From NCBI GenBank assembly GCA_025558095.1, contig JAIVFI010000022.1, forward strand, positions 62,001 to 126,000: a stretch of DNA of 64,000 nt. Reading direction: 5' to 3'. The notes below the pieces were generated by a model that was not told the origin of the DNA, ran no database searches, and saw only the letters and a program-made list of their open reading frames with translations. Positions 1 to 11,742 of this stretch are shown in pieces. The DNA is from Hyaloraphidium curvatum SAG 235-1. Lineage: Eukaryota; Fungi; Monoblepharomycota. The position numbers were made by a program, and so were the translations under genes. Position 1 is the stretch's first letter; every line of letters begins with the position of its first letter.

Positions 1-278
1 GTCGGCGCCCGCTGAGACCCGCGACGCAAAATGGTCGTCCATAGCAGTGTGCCAGTGCCGCGACTGAAAGTGTGTTAGGATTGCATCATGCCGGACGCGA
101 ATGGGAAGACTCCGTCGGGGCCGTTCGGACCGCGAGTAGCACCGCCCAGCCGGCTTAAACAGCGCCAGGAGGCGCGCCGAGAGCCCATAGGAATTTTGGC
201 CGAGCTAGGAGGGGATTCGAGGGGACAACAAGGAGGTGTGAGCGCAGGGACAGCGCGCTCAGAGTGAGTGGAGGCCAC

Positions 279-320
279 GGCGCTCGCGGCGTAAACAAGC
301 GACGCTTCGCCGCGAGCGCC
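279..320. repeat. Perfect 13-bp inverted repeat at the centre of a larger degenerate fold-back (~180-420)
   Basis: GGCGCTCGCGGCG (279-291) / CGCCGCGAGCGCC (308-320); outer arms GCCCATAGGAATTTT vs AAAATTCCGCTGGGC also pair imperfectly. Confidence 0.55.
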
Positions 321-3300
321 TTCAAGCAGACCAATTAGTCTGACCGCAGAAAATCCTTCACACAGCGCCCGCCTCGATTGCTTGCCCCCCGATCCGCCTT
401 CAAAAATTCCGCTGGGCCTCTTCTATACTACCTAGGCCGCCTCACAGCCGCGCTGCTCGCTTCCGCTGCCCAGATCGGGGCGCCGGAGATCGGACCAATG
501 GCTCGGGGGCGGCCACGCGGCACCGTCGCGGCGGATGGCACCCAGATCGGAGCGCGCCCGTTCACGCTCTGCTCGTATCACGCTCATTCCCGTAGCGGGC
601 GCGCCTTCGGGCGCGATGGGCCTCCCCCCCGGCGCGCCGCTGCCGCGACTCCGCCCACCTGTCAACCCCCCTTGCACCCCTCGGCGCCAAAGTAGGGGAC
701 GGAGATGTCGATCCAGCGGCCGGGAAACGACCTCAACCGCCGAGGGGAGCTGCCGACGGGGCTGTCGGAAGCCGGAATTGCGCCGATGGATGCGGGAGTC
801 GGGGGGCGCCAGACTGGCCCAGCGCGAGGACTCTCTGGACGCGCGGTGGGGTGGCCGGCTGCCCAACCACCGCGAGGACACTGTCTCCTACATCGCCGCC
901 ACCGTCTCCATTATGTCCATGGCGGGGTTCCACGGTGTTGGACCTCGGCCTCCCTCGATCACCGGCGCTCCCGCGACCCGTCAGGGTGATACACTCCGCG
1001 GAATAAAAACCTCCGCGACCTCCGGCACCTCCATAGCGCTTTAGACCACCGACGCATTAGAACCCAACGTCGACCACGTCGACATCAACCCCGTGGACGG
1101 GTAGCTCTAGTCACTTCGAGGCCGGTCGGGCAGGCCCAGCGCGGGGGCCCCGCCGAACCACAGATTGTTGGATCTGAGGCAACGCCAGCGTCATGACAGA
1201 GAGCACTTTAGTCAGATCGCGCGTCATTCCAACGAAGTCCACGTGGAGATCGCGTCGAGGACCAAACGCGACGCTTCGTCCCCGCAGACGCGTCCCCGCG
1301 CGGTGCCTCCACGTTCGGCGCCCGCCTTCAGATGGACCGTGCGGCCTCCGCAGGAGACGCCCCGTACGCCGCGGCACGTGCCCGTGTCTTATCGTGAGCG
1401 TGGGCCGCGTTTGCCCGTGGCGGTCGACGTGTGTGCCAAAATGTTTGCGCCGCTCCGGGCCTCTCTTTGTTCCTTCGCCCGACGGCCCAATCCGAAGCGT
1501 CGAGGGCCGCGGTCACCAGGAGGTGATCCACACGTACTCCTGCCATCGCGAATCATTGGCCCTGCCTGGTGGAAGTCGGCACCAAGACACCCGGTCCTCG
1601 GCATTTAGCGTCCCCGGACGACGGTCTCCGCAGAGTCATCGTCCACGCGCCGAGTCCAGTCGGATTCTATCAACCGGCCCTGAAATGAAAACTTGGGTGG
1701 TGCCACGCGCCTCGCGGGGGACGGCTGTCGACGTCGGCAACTGGATCCGTCTCCGACGTGGGCGCTCGCACGTCCAAGCACCCGGCCACGCGGGGGCATT
1801 CCTTGGATGCCGGATGCGAACGAGTGCGGTCATACAACCTAGAGCATTTAAATCGGGTCCTGCCGAGCCCCTTTTCCAAGACGCTGAGGCCGAGCTGCCG
1901 AAGATAATCCCTGCACGAAGGTGTGCGAGCACGGTCACAGCCGAAGCAGTGCGCGGTACGGATGCGAGGATAGGCCAGCCCAGGAGGAAAGATTTCGAAA
2001 CTTTGAAGTCGGACAATATCACACGGAAACTAGTTGCTCGTAGCGGGCGGCGGAGTGTCGAGGTTTGGCTTTTGATCTGTGAACGTGCGCAGAACAAACG
2101 GAGCTGCATTCGCGGGCTTCGTGCCCCAGGAACCCACCGCTCGGCCCAAAGCACGCGGTATGTCGCCTAGCGCGGCGCATCCACGCCTTCTCGGGACCCT
2201 CTCGAGGAGAAATCTGTTACGGCGGCGCCGCTGTACTCCCGGGAACCCCCGACCTGTGCACAGACCACGGATGGAGCGTGGCGTACAAAGTAATCAAAAT
2301 GGTCCCGCACTAGATTGGTCGGCTTGAACTTACTTCGGAGAGCCCGAAACGGGACCGCGATGGCTTGTTCCAGTCCTTGAGATCGTCTGCCGTCTCGAAT
2401 GCAACTTTGCCGTCGAGGCCCAGTACGGGAAGGCCCGTCTGCCGCGCCGAGAAGGCAGTTGCGGATATTTTGATATCTTTCCCGATCTTATATCATCAGG
2501 AGATTGGTCGGCGGCCGCGTCTGGCAACCGCCAGAGTCGGCGGCGGCCCGCGCGGCGTCGGCCGCTGGACCCATTCCAAACCCGAATGCGTGACGCACTC
2601 CGGCACCCCGAGTCGCCGGCACGTGAGCCGGAGCCGGGTCGCGCTCTCGCCAATTGGCCGATGGCTGTAGCCCGTGCCGCGACGGGCGGCCCGGGGCGAT
2701 TTCGCGCAACGGGGCGGGGGACGCGCTCGCCGCCCACCGCCCGCGGCCGCCCCCTCCGTCGCGCGGCGGTGGTGGCCGTCTCGGCGTCGCGCTCTCCAAT
2801 CCTCGGGCTCTCCGCATGTTGTGCATCGCTTGAGTTTGGCGCCGCGGTGCGCCAGGGCGGACGGGCTCCCTCCCCGCTCCCTCATCGATCCCTCCCCGTG
2901 GGCGGCTCTCATCGGTGGCCGCGGGCAGCACCTCGCCCATTTGCGACGCGCCGCTGCCACTTCGGATGCGCTATTTGGACGGCGTGCTGCCCCGGATGTC
3001 GGCATCGCCCGACGCGCACGGCCGGTGTCTCCCACCCCGAATCGCCGCGATAGGGCCTCGGCGTCCGGTCTCCCGGCGATGGCCAGAGCGGGGAACCCGA
3101 ATGCGGGGCAGCATCTGCCGAACGTTCTGCCCGGGCTCCGCGGCCTCCCGCTGCCCGCCCAGTGCGCTGCCCCTGTCAACGTGGCCCTCAGCCTGTGGCC
3201 CCGCCTCGGAGGTTATTCGGGGGTGGTGGAGTGCCGAACGCGGACGGGGCTGGCCTCCTCTGAGGCCCAACCTTGCGTCCATTAGCCTCGCGGGCAACGG

Positions 3301-3632
3301 GCACGCGCAGGTCGTTGAGGGGCGACGACTGACGGGGGCGACCCAGGCGCAGCTGCGCCTCGACTCAATCAACCACCAACGACGTCGAAGCAAACGAATG
3401 CCATTCCAAACAGTCTACAGGCGGAGCTCTTGCGGGGTTCGGAGCCTGTGGGGAGAAACCCGGTGGAAGTCCGGGGCGAAGCGACGGGGGGAGCGACGGG
3501 CCGGGCAGCGACCCCGGTCCCGGCTCCGGCCGCGTAGCCTCGAAACGGATCGCGGGAAAGGGCTGAAGGGCTGCGGGTGACTTCCGCGGCCGACGTCCAA
3601 AGCGACCGCAAGCCGCTGTAGGCTTTACGATA

Positions 3633-3726
3633 GACCAAGTGACGCAGTGGTCACCGTGCGTGCCTGCTAAACCGTTTAGAGAGCACGTCTCCTCTGGAGG
3701 CGCAGGTTCGAATCCTGCCTTGGTCG
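3633..3726 (+). tRNA. tRNA-Ser(GCT) with ~12-nt intron (3670-3681)
   Basis: Acceptor stem GACCAAG/CTTGGTC with discriminator G, D arm ACG..TGG..CGT, anticodon stem CGTGC/GCACG with loop CT-GCT-A, intron after position 37, long variable arm CTCC-TCT-GGAG, T arm GCAGG-TTCGAAT-CCTGC, TTTT (Pol III terminator) just downstream. Confidence 0.95.
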
Positions 3727-4377
3727 AATCATTTTACCTCTCGTGGGTCCCGAATCGCTTCTATTTTGGTCGCGGGGGGCCTCCTCAATCCCCCCGGACA
3801 TCCCGCCCAGCGACCGACGAGAACCAAGCTTTCACAGCCCGATCCCTGAACCATCCTGTCCATCCAGACACCTGTACAGGTCCGAAGAGCTAGCCGGGCC
3901 TCGTTTGTATTGCAGGGAGGGAGCGTGCTTATCGCGGGGAGGCGCGGGGGAGCGATCCGGGCCGTGCGCGGGGCGCGTCCGGCATCCCAATGCATCGCGC
4001 TCCGGGACGAGAATCCGGCTGTTTCCACGCGTTTTGGCGTCCGGACTGCCCGTGGGAGGAAGCTTGCCGGCGGGGAGTGGGTGCCGAGGGGGGCCGGCGA
4101 ACCCTGAAGTAGGAATTGCGTGTGGACTGCTCCACCTCGCTGAACGCAACCGGGGAAGAACAGCCTTGTCCGCGGTCCCTTACCGGTCATTTCGCGTCCC
4201 TCATGCTACATTTTTACCCCCGAGGGCCGCGCAGCTCGGGCACCGTGGTGTCTTTTTCCAACCAGGGACGGCCGGCGACGTCCTTCCCAGTGCCGACGAC
4301 ATATCCGTGCCACTTGAGGCCAACCCTGGACGCCGGTGCCCAAAACACCCACCGATTCCGCTAATGTGGCTGACGTA

Positions 4378-4481
4378 ACATCAGAAATGCGCGCGGGCGG
4401 AGTGCGCAGACCGTCAACGGGACAGTGCCGCCGCCCAGTGCCGTCCCAGTCCGTCGGCGCCTCCCCGCGCGGGTCCGATGT
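4378..4481. repeat. Imperfect palindrome / hairpin (MITE-like relic)
   Basis: ACATCAGAAATGCGCGCGGGCGGAG..CGGGAC pairs imperfectly with GTCCC..CTCCCCGCGCGGGTCCGATGT. Confidence 0.4.
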
Positions 4482-6159
4482 CAAACGGGTCCCTACTGTC
4501 AGGGCTCGCTTTAGCGTCGATGGCATTACTTGATGCGGAAGGGCACGGCTACGTAGGATCCTAGCCAGACGATAGGGGCCGGCTCGTGCTCCGCAATTGA
4601 TTTCCGCCCGGCCGCCCCGCCGCAGGTGAGCAAAAGTACGCGCCACTTGAGGCCGGTCCTGCACGCATGCGGCGCAATCCCTCCACGGCAACGGGAAAGG
4701 GAAAAGATGTGCTATTCAGCGACTAGCAGGCAAAATGAAGCAAACCCCCCCGGCGGAAAGGCTAAGAGAACGGTCTTCTTCAACCTCCTGCCGTGCCACG
4801 ATGCCACGATCGTTCGGTGCACATGCGCCCGCCAGCCACTGCCATCGGGTGTGGAAGACAACGGCTGGGGACCCGTGAACTCGAGTCGGCGCGTGGTCGA
4901 ATCTATCGCCACTCGCGCCGGGCCCACCCACATCGCGGCCGGCAATGGAGCTCGTATGTGTGCTCGTATGTGCGCGGGTTGGTCGGGTGCCACTGCGCTC
5001 GGCGGGCGGCGCCATGTTTGCGCCGGCCGGCCGCGGGCCCCGCTCAAGCGGACCCCGCCGCACCCGGCGGCACCCGCTCCCCAGGCTTCGCCGGGTCGGC
5101 CGCCACGGTGAGACTGCTTCAGGCGTCCCCGCTGGCCGCCCTCCCACCGCCGCCCCGCGCTCCGCCGCCAGGAATAGTGCCGCTGTCTGAACCCGCCGCC
5201 GCGCCCCCGCGACCTCCCCCAAACACCCCGGCGGAGAGCTGAACGTGCCGCCTCTTTTGTGCATCCGGGACCAGTGCCCTGGCACCGCTGGTGCCGACAC
5301 CGCCGCGTCGTGCCGTCGCGCGGGCCGTCGCGCGGGCCAGCCTTTGCGCCCCCCGCTCCGCCTTCCCGCGGCCTTTTGCGGCGGGCCCTTGCCCCGCTCT
5401 TGTGGGCGACTGCCTCCCGCGTTGTTGCCCTTCCCCGCGCGGCGCCGCACCCCTTAACCCTAAGGGCTTGGACAGCAGGATTGCCTTCGGCATACGCGTC
5501 GCACGCCTCGCGAAGAGATGCCCTGCTGAGATAGACCTGGGAATGGAGCGAGGCTGCTTGTAGGAAACACAAAGCAGTGGACGATTCGTCGGGCGACTAC
5601 CTTGGCGTCCAACAACCCGACGGATGCAGTGTACTTCGAGCACTCCAGGGGAAGTCGCATCGTCCGTACGGCGGCCATTCAGAACACTGGAAATTGCCGA
5701 TGAACGGGTAGGAGTGGGCAAGAAAAGCGGGTGCCTGTCTGCACGTCCAGTGCAGTCGCGCGATGCGGCGACGGGGCACCGCAGCGGGCGCTGGACGCAC
5801 GGAGCGAGACGGGGGGTCGAGGAGCGACGATGCGCGGCACGGAGACCGAGCGGTTCCTTTTCCGAGCAGTTCCGGCGATGTGGCCCTCGTTCACGTCGGG
5901 GAAAGAACGGAGAACGAACCTGGGACCGCGGTCGCGTGGTCGGCTGGTGGCGTTGGAGGGGGCGCAAACTACTGCCTCCACAACGCCGTACACCTTCAAC
6001 GGGCAGGGCTCGGCGTCGGCCGCCGCGACATCGCTGCTCGGAGCCAGCTTGACCGTGCGCGGGCGGCAGCCGGCGCCGCCGGCGCGCGGCGCGAGGAAGA
6101 GGTGAACGTCGCGGCCCAGACGTCGCGGCCCAGAGCCGCCAACGGAACGGCCAACGAAC

Positions 6160-6390
6160 AGCGCGATTCCCGGCCTGTCAATCACGCTCTTTGCGATGCA
6201 TGGTAAGTGGCGGATGGGTCGATCTGCCCAGGGATCTTTCAACCCGACTCTCGATGCCCAATGTGCCGTTCTCGACGTCGGACGCTCAACACATGAAGAA
6301 GGAAGGTAAACAACCGAACTTTTGGTGTGCCGATTGATGCAACTCGAGGTTCCCGTGGCCGGCTTCCCAATTATGCAGACCAGTGTCTGC
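6160..6390 (-). pseudogene. Possible decayed P-loop GTPase fragment
   Basis: Translation gives VCIIGKPATGTSSCIN (G1-like, catalytic K replaced by T) followed ~55 aa later by VIDRPG (G3-like DxxG); no clear start or downstream domain. Confidence 0.3.
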
Positions 6391-7845
6391 CGAAAAGGGT
6401 CCGTACGTTCCAAATCGGCGCGTCCTGGACGAGGTCGGCCACGAGGTATGGATCGTGCGACACTCCAAAGCGCACTATGGAGATGGTTTCGGTGGCATTA
6501 TGGTCCATTCGCGTCAACAAGTCCCGAACGAACTTGCCGTCGAGGGGGCCCCCTGACACGTCATTTCTGCCGAGCTTGAATACGGTGCTTCGCGAGATGA
6601 GGCTGGAGAACGAACCCCACAGCGAGCACAACCAGAAGGATGAGACAGGCTCGCTTTCAATGGCTGCGATGGATGAAGCGCGTGGTGTTGTCGGCAGGCT
6701 GTAGGACTCCGCATCTCGTCTGCAGAGGCGGTACCACACGCACGTTCAACAAGCCAGACGGCCACCGGGTCGCACCTCTGAGGCCAATATAGGCAGTCGG
6801 ATCCAACGTCGACCTCGCCAACGGGTCCACGCTCCGTAAAGAAGTGGCTCCGGGCCGAGGTGGATGAGATCGCGACGCACCTCAAACTTCACCGGGCCCG
6901 CATCGCACCTCAAGGTGGCAGGTGGCGCCGCAATTCATTTGGAGTGCTTTTTGCCTGTACCTGTCGGGCCGGACTCGATCGCCGATGGGTCGGACGGACG
7001 CCTCGGCAGGTTCCGCCGAGGGACGTCGATCACGTGTCCCTCTGCACCCTGACTTCGCGACCCCGGCTCCGCACGCAACGGGGCCCGTCGCGCGGCCCGG
7101 AAGGGGCGGCCGGCGCTGGCAGAGGAGTGCTCGGCCGCCCGCCGCCGCGGACGGGGCGTGATGGGCCGTTTCGCCGGGCCGCCGTCGGCCCGTCCTGCCG
7201 GCCGTGTTCTCCCGGGCCCTTCCTGGCACCATCTTGTCGTTCCGCCTTCCTAGCTGTCCCTCGTGCCCTGGACGGCGCCACTGAAGTGCTTCGCTTTGAG
7301 GAGCGAGGGTCCCCGGTGGCAGTCTTCTTTGACGCTTGGGCACGCTGTGGGGGACACGGCCGCGGAACGGTGTTCCCGCGCTGTCGACGGCGGCAACGCT
7401 GGTCCCTCCTTTCAATCGGAAGACCTTTTTCTCCGTGCCTTCTATCCCCTCATTGGCAGGCGATTTGGCAGAACGGCCGCTGGGATAGTGAGCCGCCCGT
7501 GCCCGACCCCGGCGCCAGCAGGTCGAGCTTCGTGGACCATGGTGCGTCCGAACCTCGCCCCTGCTACTCTTCTGGCCGTACTAACGACCCTGGCACGCCT
7601 TAGGTTCGACACATTGCCGTATCCGCGTCATCGGCGATCCGGTCCGAGGGACCTTTCCTTTGCCGGCCGGACGGACCAGCTGGTGGGTCGATTCCTTGCC
7701 GTTCGGGGGTATCTCGATGTCTAACACGGCGATATACAACGTCTCCATAGCATCATCTTCTGCGTCTCGACGTGCAGCTCGTCTACAACTCATCTGGCCC
7801 AGTTGCTGGTGAGCAAGGTTCTGTCGGCGGTCTTCGAGGTGCCAC

Positions 7846-10387
7846 TCACCCCAGAAAGTTATCCAGAGGCCCGCTGTCCTTCTTGTCGTCTTCGGCCGGT
7901 TTTCCTGCGGTCGGCACCGTGAACTTGTGCCCCTTGGGCCTGTGGGCGGCGTCAAATGCCTGTGCCCAGGCAGGATCTTTGGGCTTGCTGGCCTGCGGAT
8001 CCTGGCTCTTCGGTTTGGCAGCTGTCTTCTTCTTTGGCTTTTCGCCGGACGGCTTGTCCCCGTTCGGGAAGAGCCGGCGCCATTGCTCCCTCGACTGCCT
8101 CGCGACGTCGTCGTTCCCCTCGAGGCCCGCGACCCTTCCGGCGCTGGGGGTACGCGATGCGTTGGCCAACGGGGCATTCTGCAGGGCAATGGGCAACCTG
8201 GGAGAAGCCATCGTGAGCTTAGAGCACGGTCCGGTGGTCGCAGGTGAGCCTCACGTGATGCCGTTCGCCGCCACTTCGCCCTGCGTAACCATCATCTCGT
8301 CCAACAGGGCCTCCCTTTCGGCAGTACCGGCAGGGTCGACGGCAGGGAAGTTGGGGAGGGCGGAGAAGGCGGAAATGGCCGGAATGCGGGGGATTGCAAA
8401 AGTGGGGACGGAAGGGGGAGGGAGGTCGAGGTCACCGTCAGCGAGGGACCCAAAGCCCTGCTCCTGCTCTCGATTGGCCTCGGGCTCGCGCGTGACCTTC
8501 CGGCGCAGCTTGGGACGCCACCTATGGGATCGTTCAATGTGAGTTGGAGGGAGTCCGCGGGCGCCGAGCACCCACAGTTGCTGACCGTCGGCATCGTTGC
8601 CGTTTTTGCGCCCCAGAGACCTCTTCTTCGGCCGGAAACCGTCGCCATACTCCTCCTCGTCCTCCTCTTCGCGTTCCCTGCCGTACCCCGCCGAGCGCTC
8701 CGCGGCCCTGGCGAAATCTTCCGCCGCCGCGAGGAAGCCCGGATCGTCGTCGGCGGAGACGTACTCCCCGGCCTCCTGCTCCTGCTGGGCGGCGGCCTGT
8801 TTCTCGCGTGCAGCCGCGATGACACCGTCCGCGGTAACCGCCGGCTTGGCACCCTTGGCGAGCTGTGCCTCGACGGTGATGGCCGAGAGCTCCTTGTTGA
8901 AGTACCGGGCGTACTGGAGAACCGTCCTCGCTGGCGACAGCTTCGCCTTGTTCGTATAGACGTACTCCTGGATCACCGTTCCGTCGGGCAACGTGCAGGA
9001 CAAGCGGATGTCGATCCGTTTCGTCTTGAGGACTCGGGCGTCGAGCTCTGCGTCCGAGGGACTCGGATTCTCCCTCTCGTTTTCGGAGACCTCTTGGAGC
9101 GCCGCCTTTAGCGTTGCGTCGTCGCACCGGAAGTACCGATTCTCGGTGGGCTCGGAGTTGAAGAAGACGAAGGACTTGACGTTGCCAAACTGCTTCCACT
9201 GCTCGAGCTTTTGAAGGTCGTGCGGCGGAGCCGTCGGATTTCCCGCAAAGTACTTGTGGACGAACAGCGCCATGACCAGCTTCTTCTCGAGCGCCAACTG
9301 GAGCGTGGAACTCAGTCATCAGAACGAACGAGCTGGGACCTCCGGCGCCGGGACAGCTCACCTTGAACCGCTTGACCTCGACTTGGGTGGTGTAGCGTTC
9401 GACGGAAACTTCTGCACCTTCGACGGTCGCCGTTTTGACCGCGCGCTCGAGACCGGCCAAGGCGTTGGCCGCGCGGTTCGGGGCGGTGGGGGCGACGTGC
9501 GCGAGGAATGGCTTGTTCGTGGTCTCGAGGACGTTGGCAAAGACGCCGCCGGGGCCGTGGTTGCGGGCAGCGGCGTCGCGCCCGTTCTGTCGCAGCACCT
9601 CGAGCGGCGCCACGCCGGCGTCCATTTCGGACTTGTCGTTGAGCCCGAGGCGGTGTAGCCCGGCGGCGAGGCGGTCGCGGAGAGCCTTGGTGCCGGTCCT
9701 CAGGATCGCGCGGCGGCTCCATTCGGTGATGAAGAAGAGGAGAACGTGAATGAAGATGGGCTCTCCCACGGAGACGGCGTGGAGGATCGCCATCCTGTGG
9801 TCGGCGAGGTCGGGGTATCCGGTGGCGCAGCCGTACTCCCACGTGGTCGGATCGGTCATTGAATAGATCCTCTTCTCGGCGTTCTTCTCGCGATGGTCCT
9901 TGCTCAGGTGTTGGCCGAAGCGTTGGCGGCCGCCGCCCACCCCGCTTTCCCCGTCGCCCTTCCCCGCGTAGTAGAACCAGAGCAGGTTGCCGTCCGCGTC
10001 GAACCCGGCGACGATCCCGTGCCCGCGCAGGATGTACACCTGCTTGTCGCGGCTGACGTCTTCTTTCCGGGTCAGCTTGATGAACTCCAGCTCCTCCGGG
10101 TCTGAGTTCAGGAGGGTCTTCTGCCCGCGGGTCGGCAACCCGCTGAACCAGGCCTTGAGCCATTCCGGCGATTGCGTGAGGCCGGTGCGGAACACATGGA
10201 AGTTGTTGGGTTGAGCAAGCTGGCCGGAGGACGACCAGTCGATGAGGTGGTTGAGGAGGCCGTCGGACACGAAACGGCGCTGGTTCTCAACCCGATCGGG
10301 ACCCGGGTCGGGAAACAGGGCGCGCGAGAGAGCTCCCTGCATCTCAACGCACTCTTCCGTGGGCATGTGAAAGTCCGGGGTCTCCAT
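7846..10387 (-). CDS. Spliced protein with N-terminal GIY-YIG endonuclease-like domain and long charged/low-complexity C-terminus (3' end uncertain)
   Basis: ORFs 8534..10411, 8251..9297 and 7846..8211 join through GT-AG introns 9298-9361, 8522-8575 and 8198-8254. Motifs QVYIL..YYAGKG..RQRFGQH..GEPIFI..GLN match the GIY/YIG/R/H/E/N pattern. Confidence 0.65.
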
Positions 10388-11742
10388 GTTGCCGGACCGG
10401 AGATCTTTCACGCCGCGGCGCGGCCGGGTCCGTTCCTCGCGCGGCGCGCAGGCAGAGCTCGAACGTCACGCGTGAGACGCGCGGAAGCGCTGCCAGAGCG
10501 CGCCGGATCCGCGGGACCTCGCGCGGACGCGAAGCAAAGGCGAAACGAGGGACCGTGCTCCCAAGGAGAGCGCACCGGCGCCGTGCCGCGGCGGCGCAGG
10601 GGGACGCGCTCCGCCGACGAGCTGCACCGGGCCGGCGGTACAGACGGCAGGCTCCTCCCCCGTGCGCGTGGAGGCCGCGCAGAGAGTCGCGCGACGCGCG
10701 CGGCCGCCGAAGAAAGAGGGGGAGGTTTCGGGACCGCGGTCGCGTCCGCCGAATCCGACTACCCCGCGATCTCTGAATCACCAATCGTCCGCCGGTCGGT
10801 CTCCGAGGCGCCAAACTGGCAGCAAAATGACGCATGTAAGTGAATTGCTATCGTAGGCTCCCGTTGGCGGGCTCGCGGACCTGAATCGCTCGGCCAGCAT
10901 GGCGCAATTCTCGGACCGGGCCAACGAAGGGGACAGCAAGCGTCAAGGCGGTCCGTCGCTCTTATCGTGTTCATGCCACACTGCTTGCGACTACCCGACT
11001 TGGTCCAATCTAGAAACGTTAGGGAGATCCAGCGCACTACGGACGTGCTGGGAGGGGTCACTGGGGACCGACGGCGGGGCAGAACAGCGGTCACTTCACG
11101 AGACACCCCGGCCCGGCTCAGCTGCCTGCGGAATGCCTTTGGCGCGCCATCTATTGGATAGGAAGTCCTGAGCCGCGATGTCGCCGAGGTTTTAGGGTTG
11201 AATTGCAGTCCGCCGGCCCGCCTGCGGCTTCCGACCGATCCGGTCCGCGATCGCAGCAGGGGGAGGCGCTGCCATCAACGAAGCTACGCCCAGTCCAGCT
11301 CGCCTACCGCCAATGCTGTTTGCTGCCCCGCACGGCTTCGCGATGCTGGCGAGGTGTTCCGGCACGGGTTCCGGGGTGCTGTCCGATCCGGCGCAGCCTG
11401 CTCGACTGCGGCCACAGCTCGGCCCCGCAATCGCCCCGAGTTTATTTGAAGTTCTTTCGCCGCTGCATGTCAGGTCACTCAAAGAGGTCCCGGAGTCTGC
11501 GGTCGGGAAGACGCCGTGCGCGGCTTCTCGAGCGGGGCCCGAGCAGTCCCCGGACAAAGTACATCCGGGCGGCAACGCGGGCAACCGGGAACAACATCAG
11601 TGAAATCGTGCTGATTGGTCATGTTTCTTGAAAGAACAACGTGAAGTGGAGCACGGAGGACGAGCTTCTGGGACCGATGACCTGTCTTCCACACCGCACA
11701 CAGGTCTCCGCCGAACGAAGCCGGGCCCGTGCTTCACTGACG

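Noticed and set aside
3633-3726. tRNA-Sec or suppressor tRNA
   Set aside because: Standard 7-bp acceptor and 5-bp T stems, anticodon GCT: an ordinary tRNA-Ser.
5451-5467. TAACCCTAA telomere-like motif
   Set aside because: Fewer than two units; consistent with chance.
1-7700. Numerous long Arg/Pro/Gly-rich ORFs in the track
   Set aside because: Shadow ORFs expected in high-GC DNA; no motifs, no consistent codon bias, overlapping in all frames.
7846-10387. Penelope-like retroelement call for the GIY-YIG gene
   Set aside because: No reverse-transcriptase motifs or terminal repeats seen, and the nuclease is followed by unrelated sequence.
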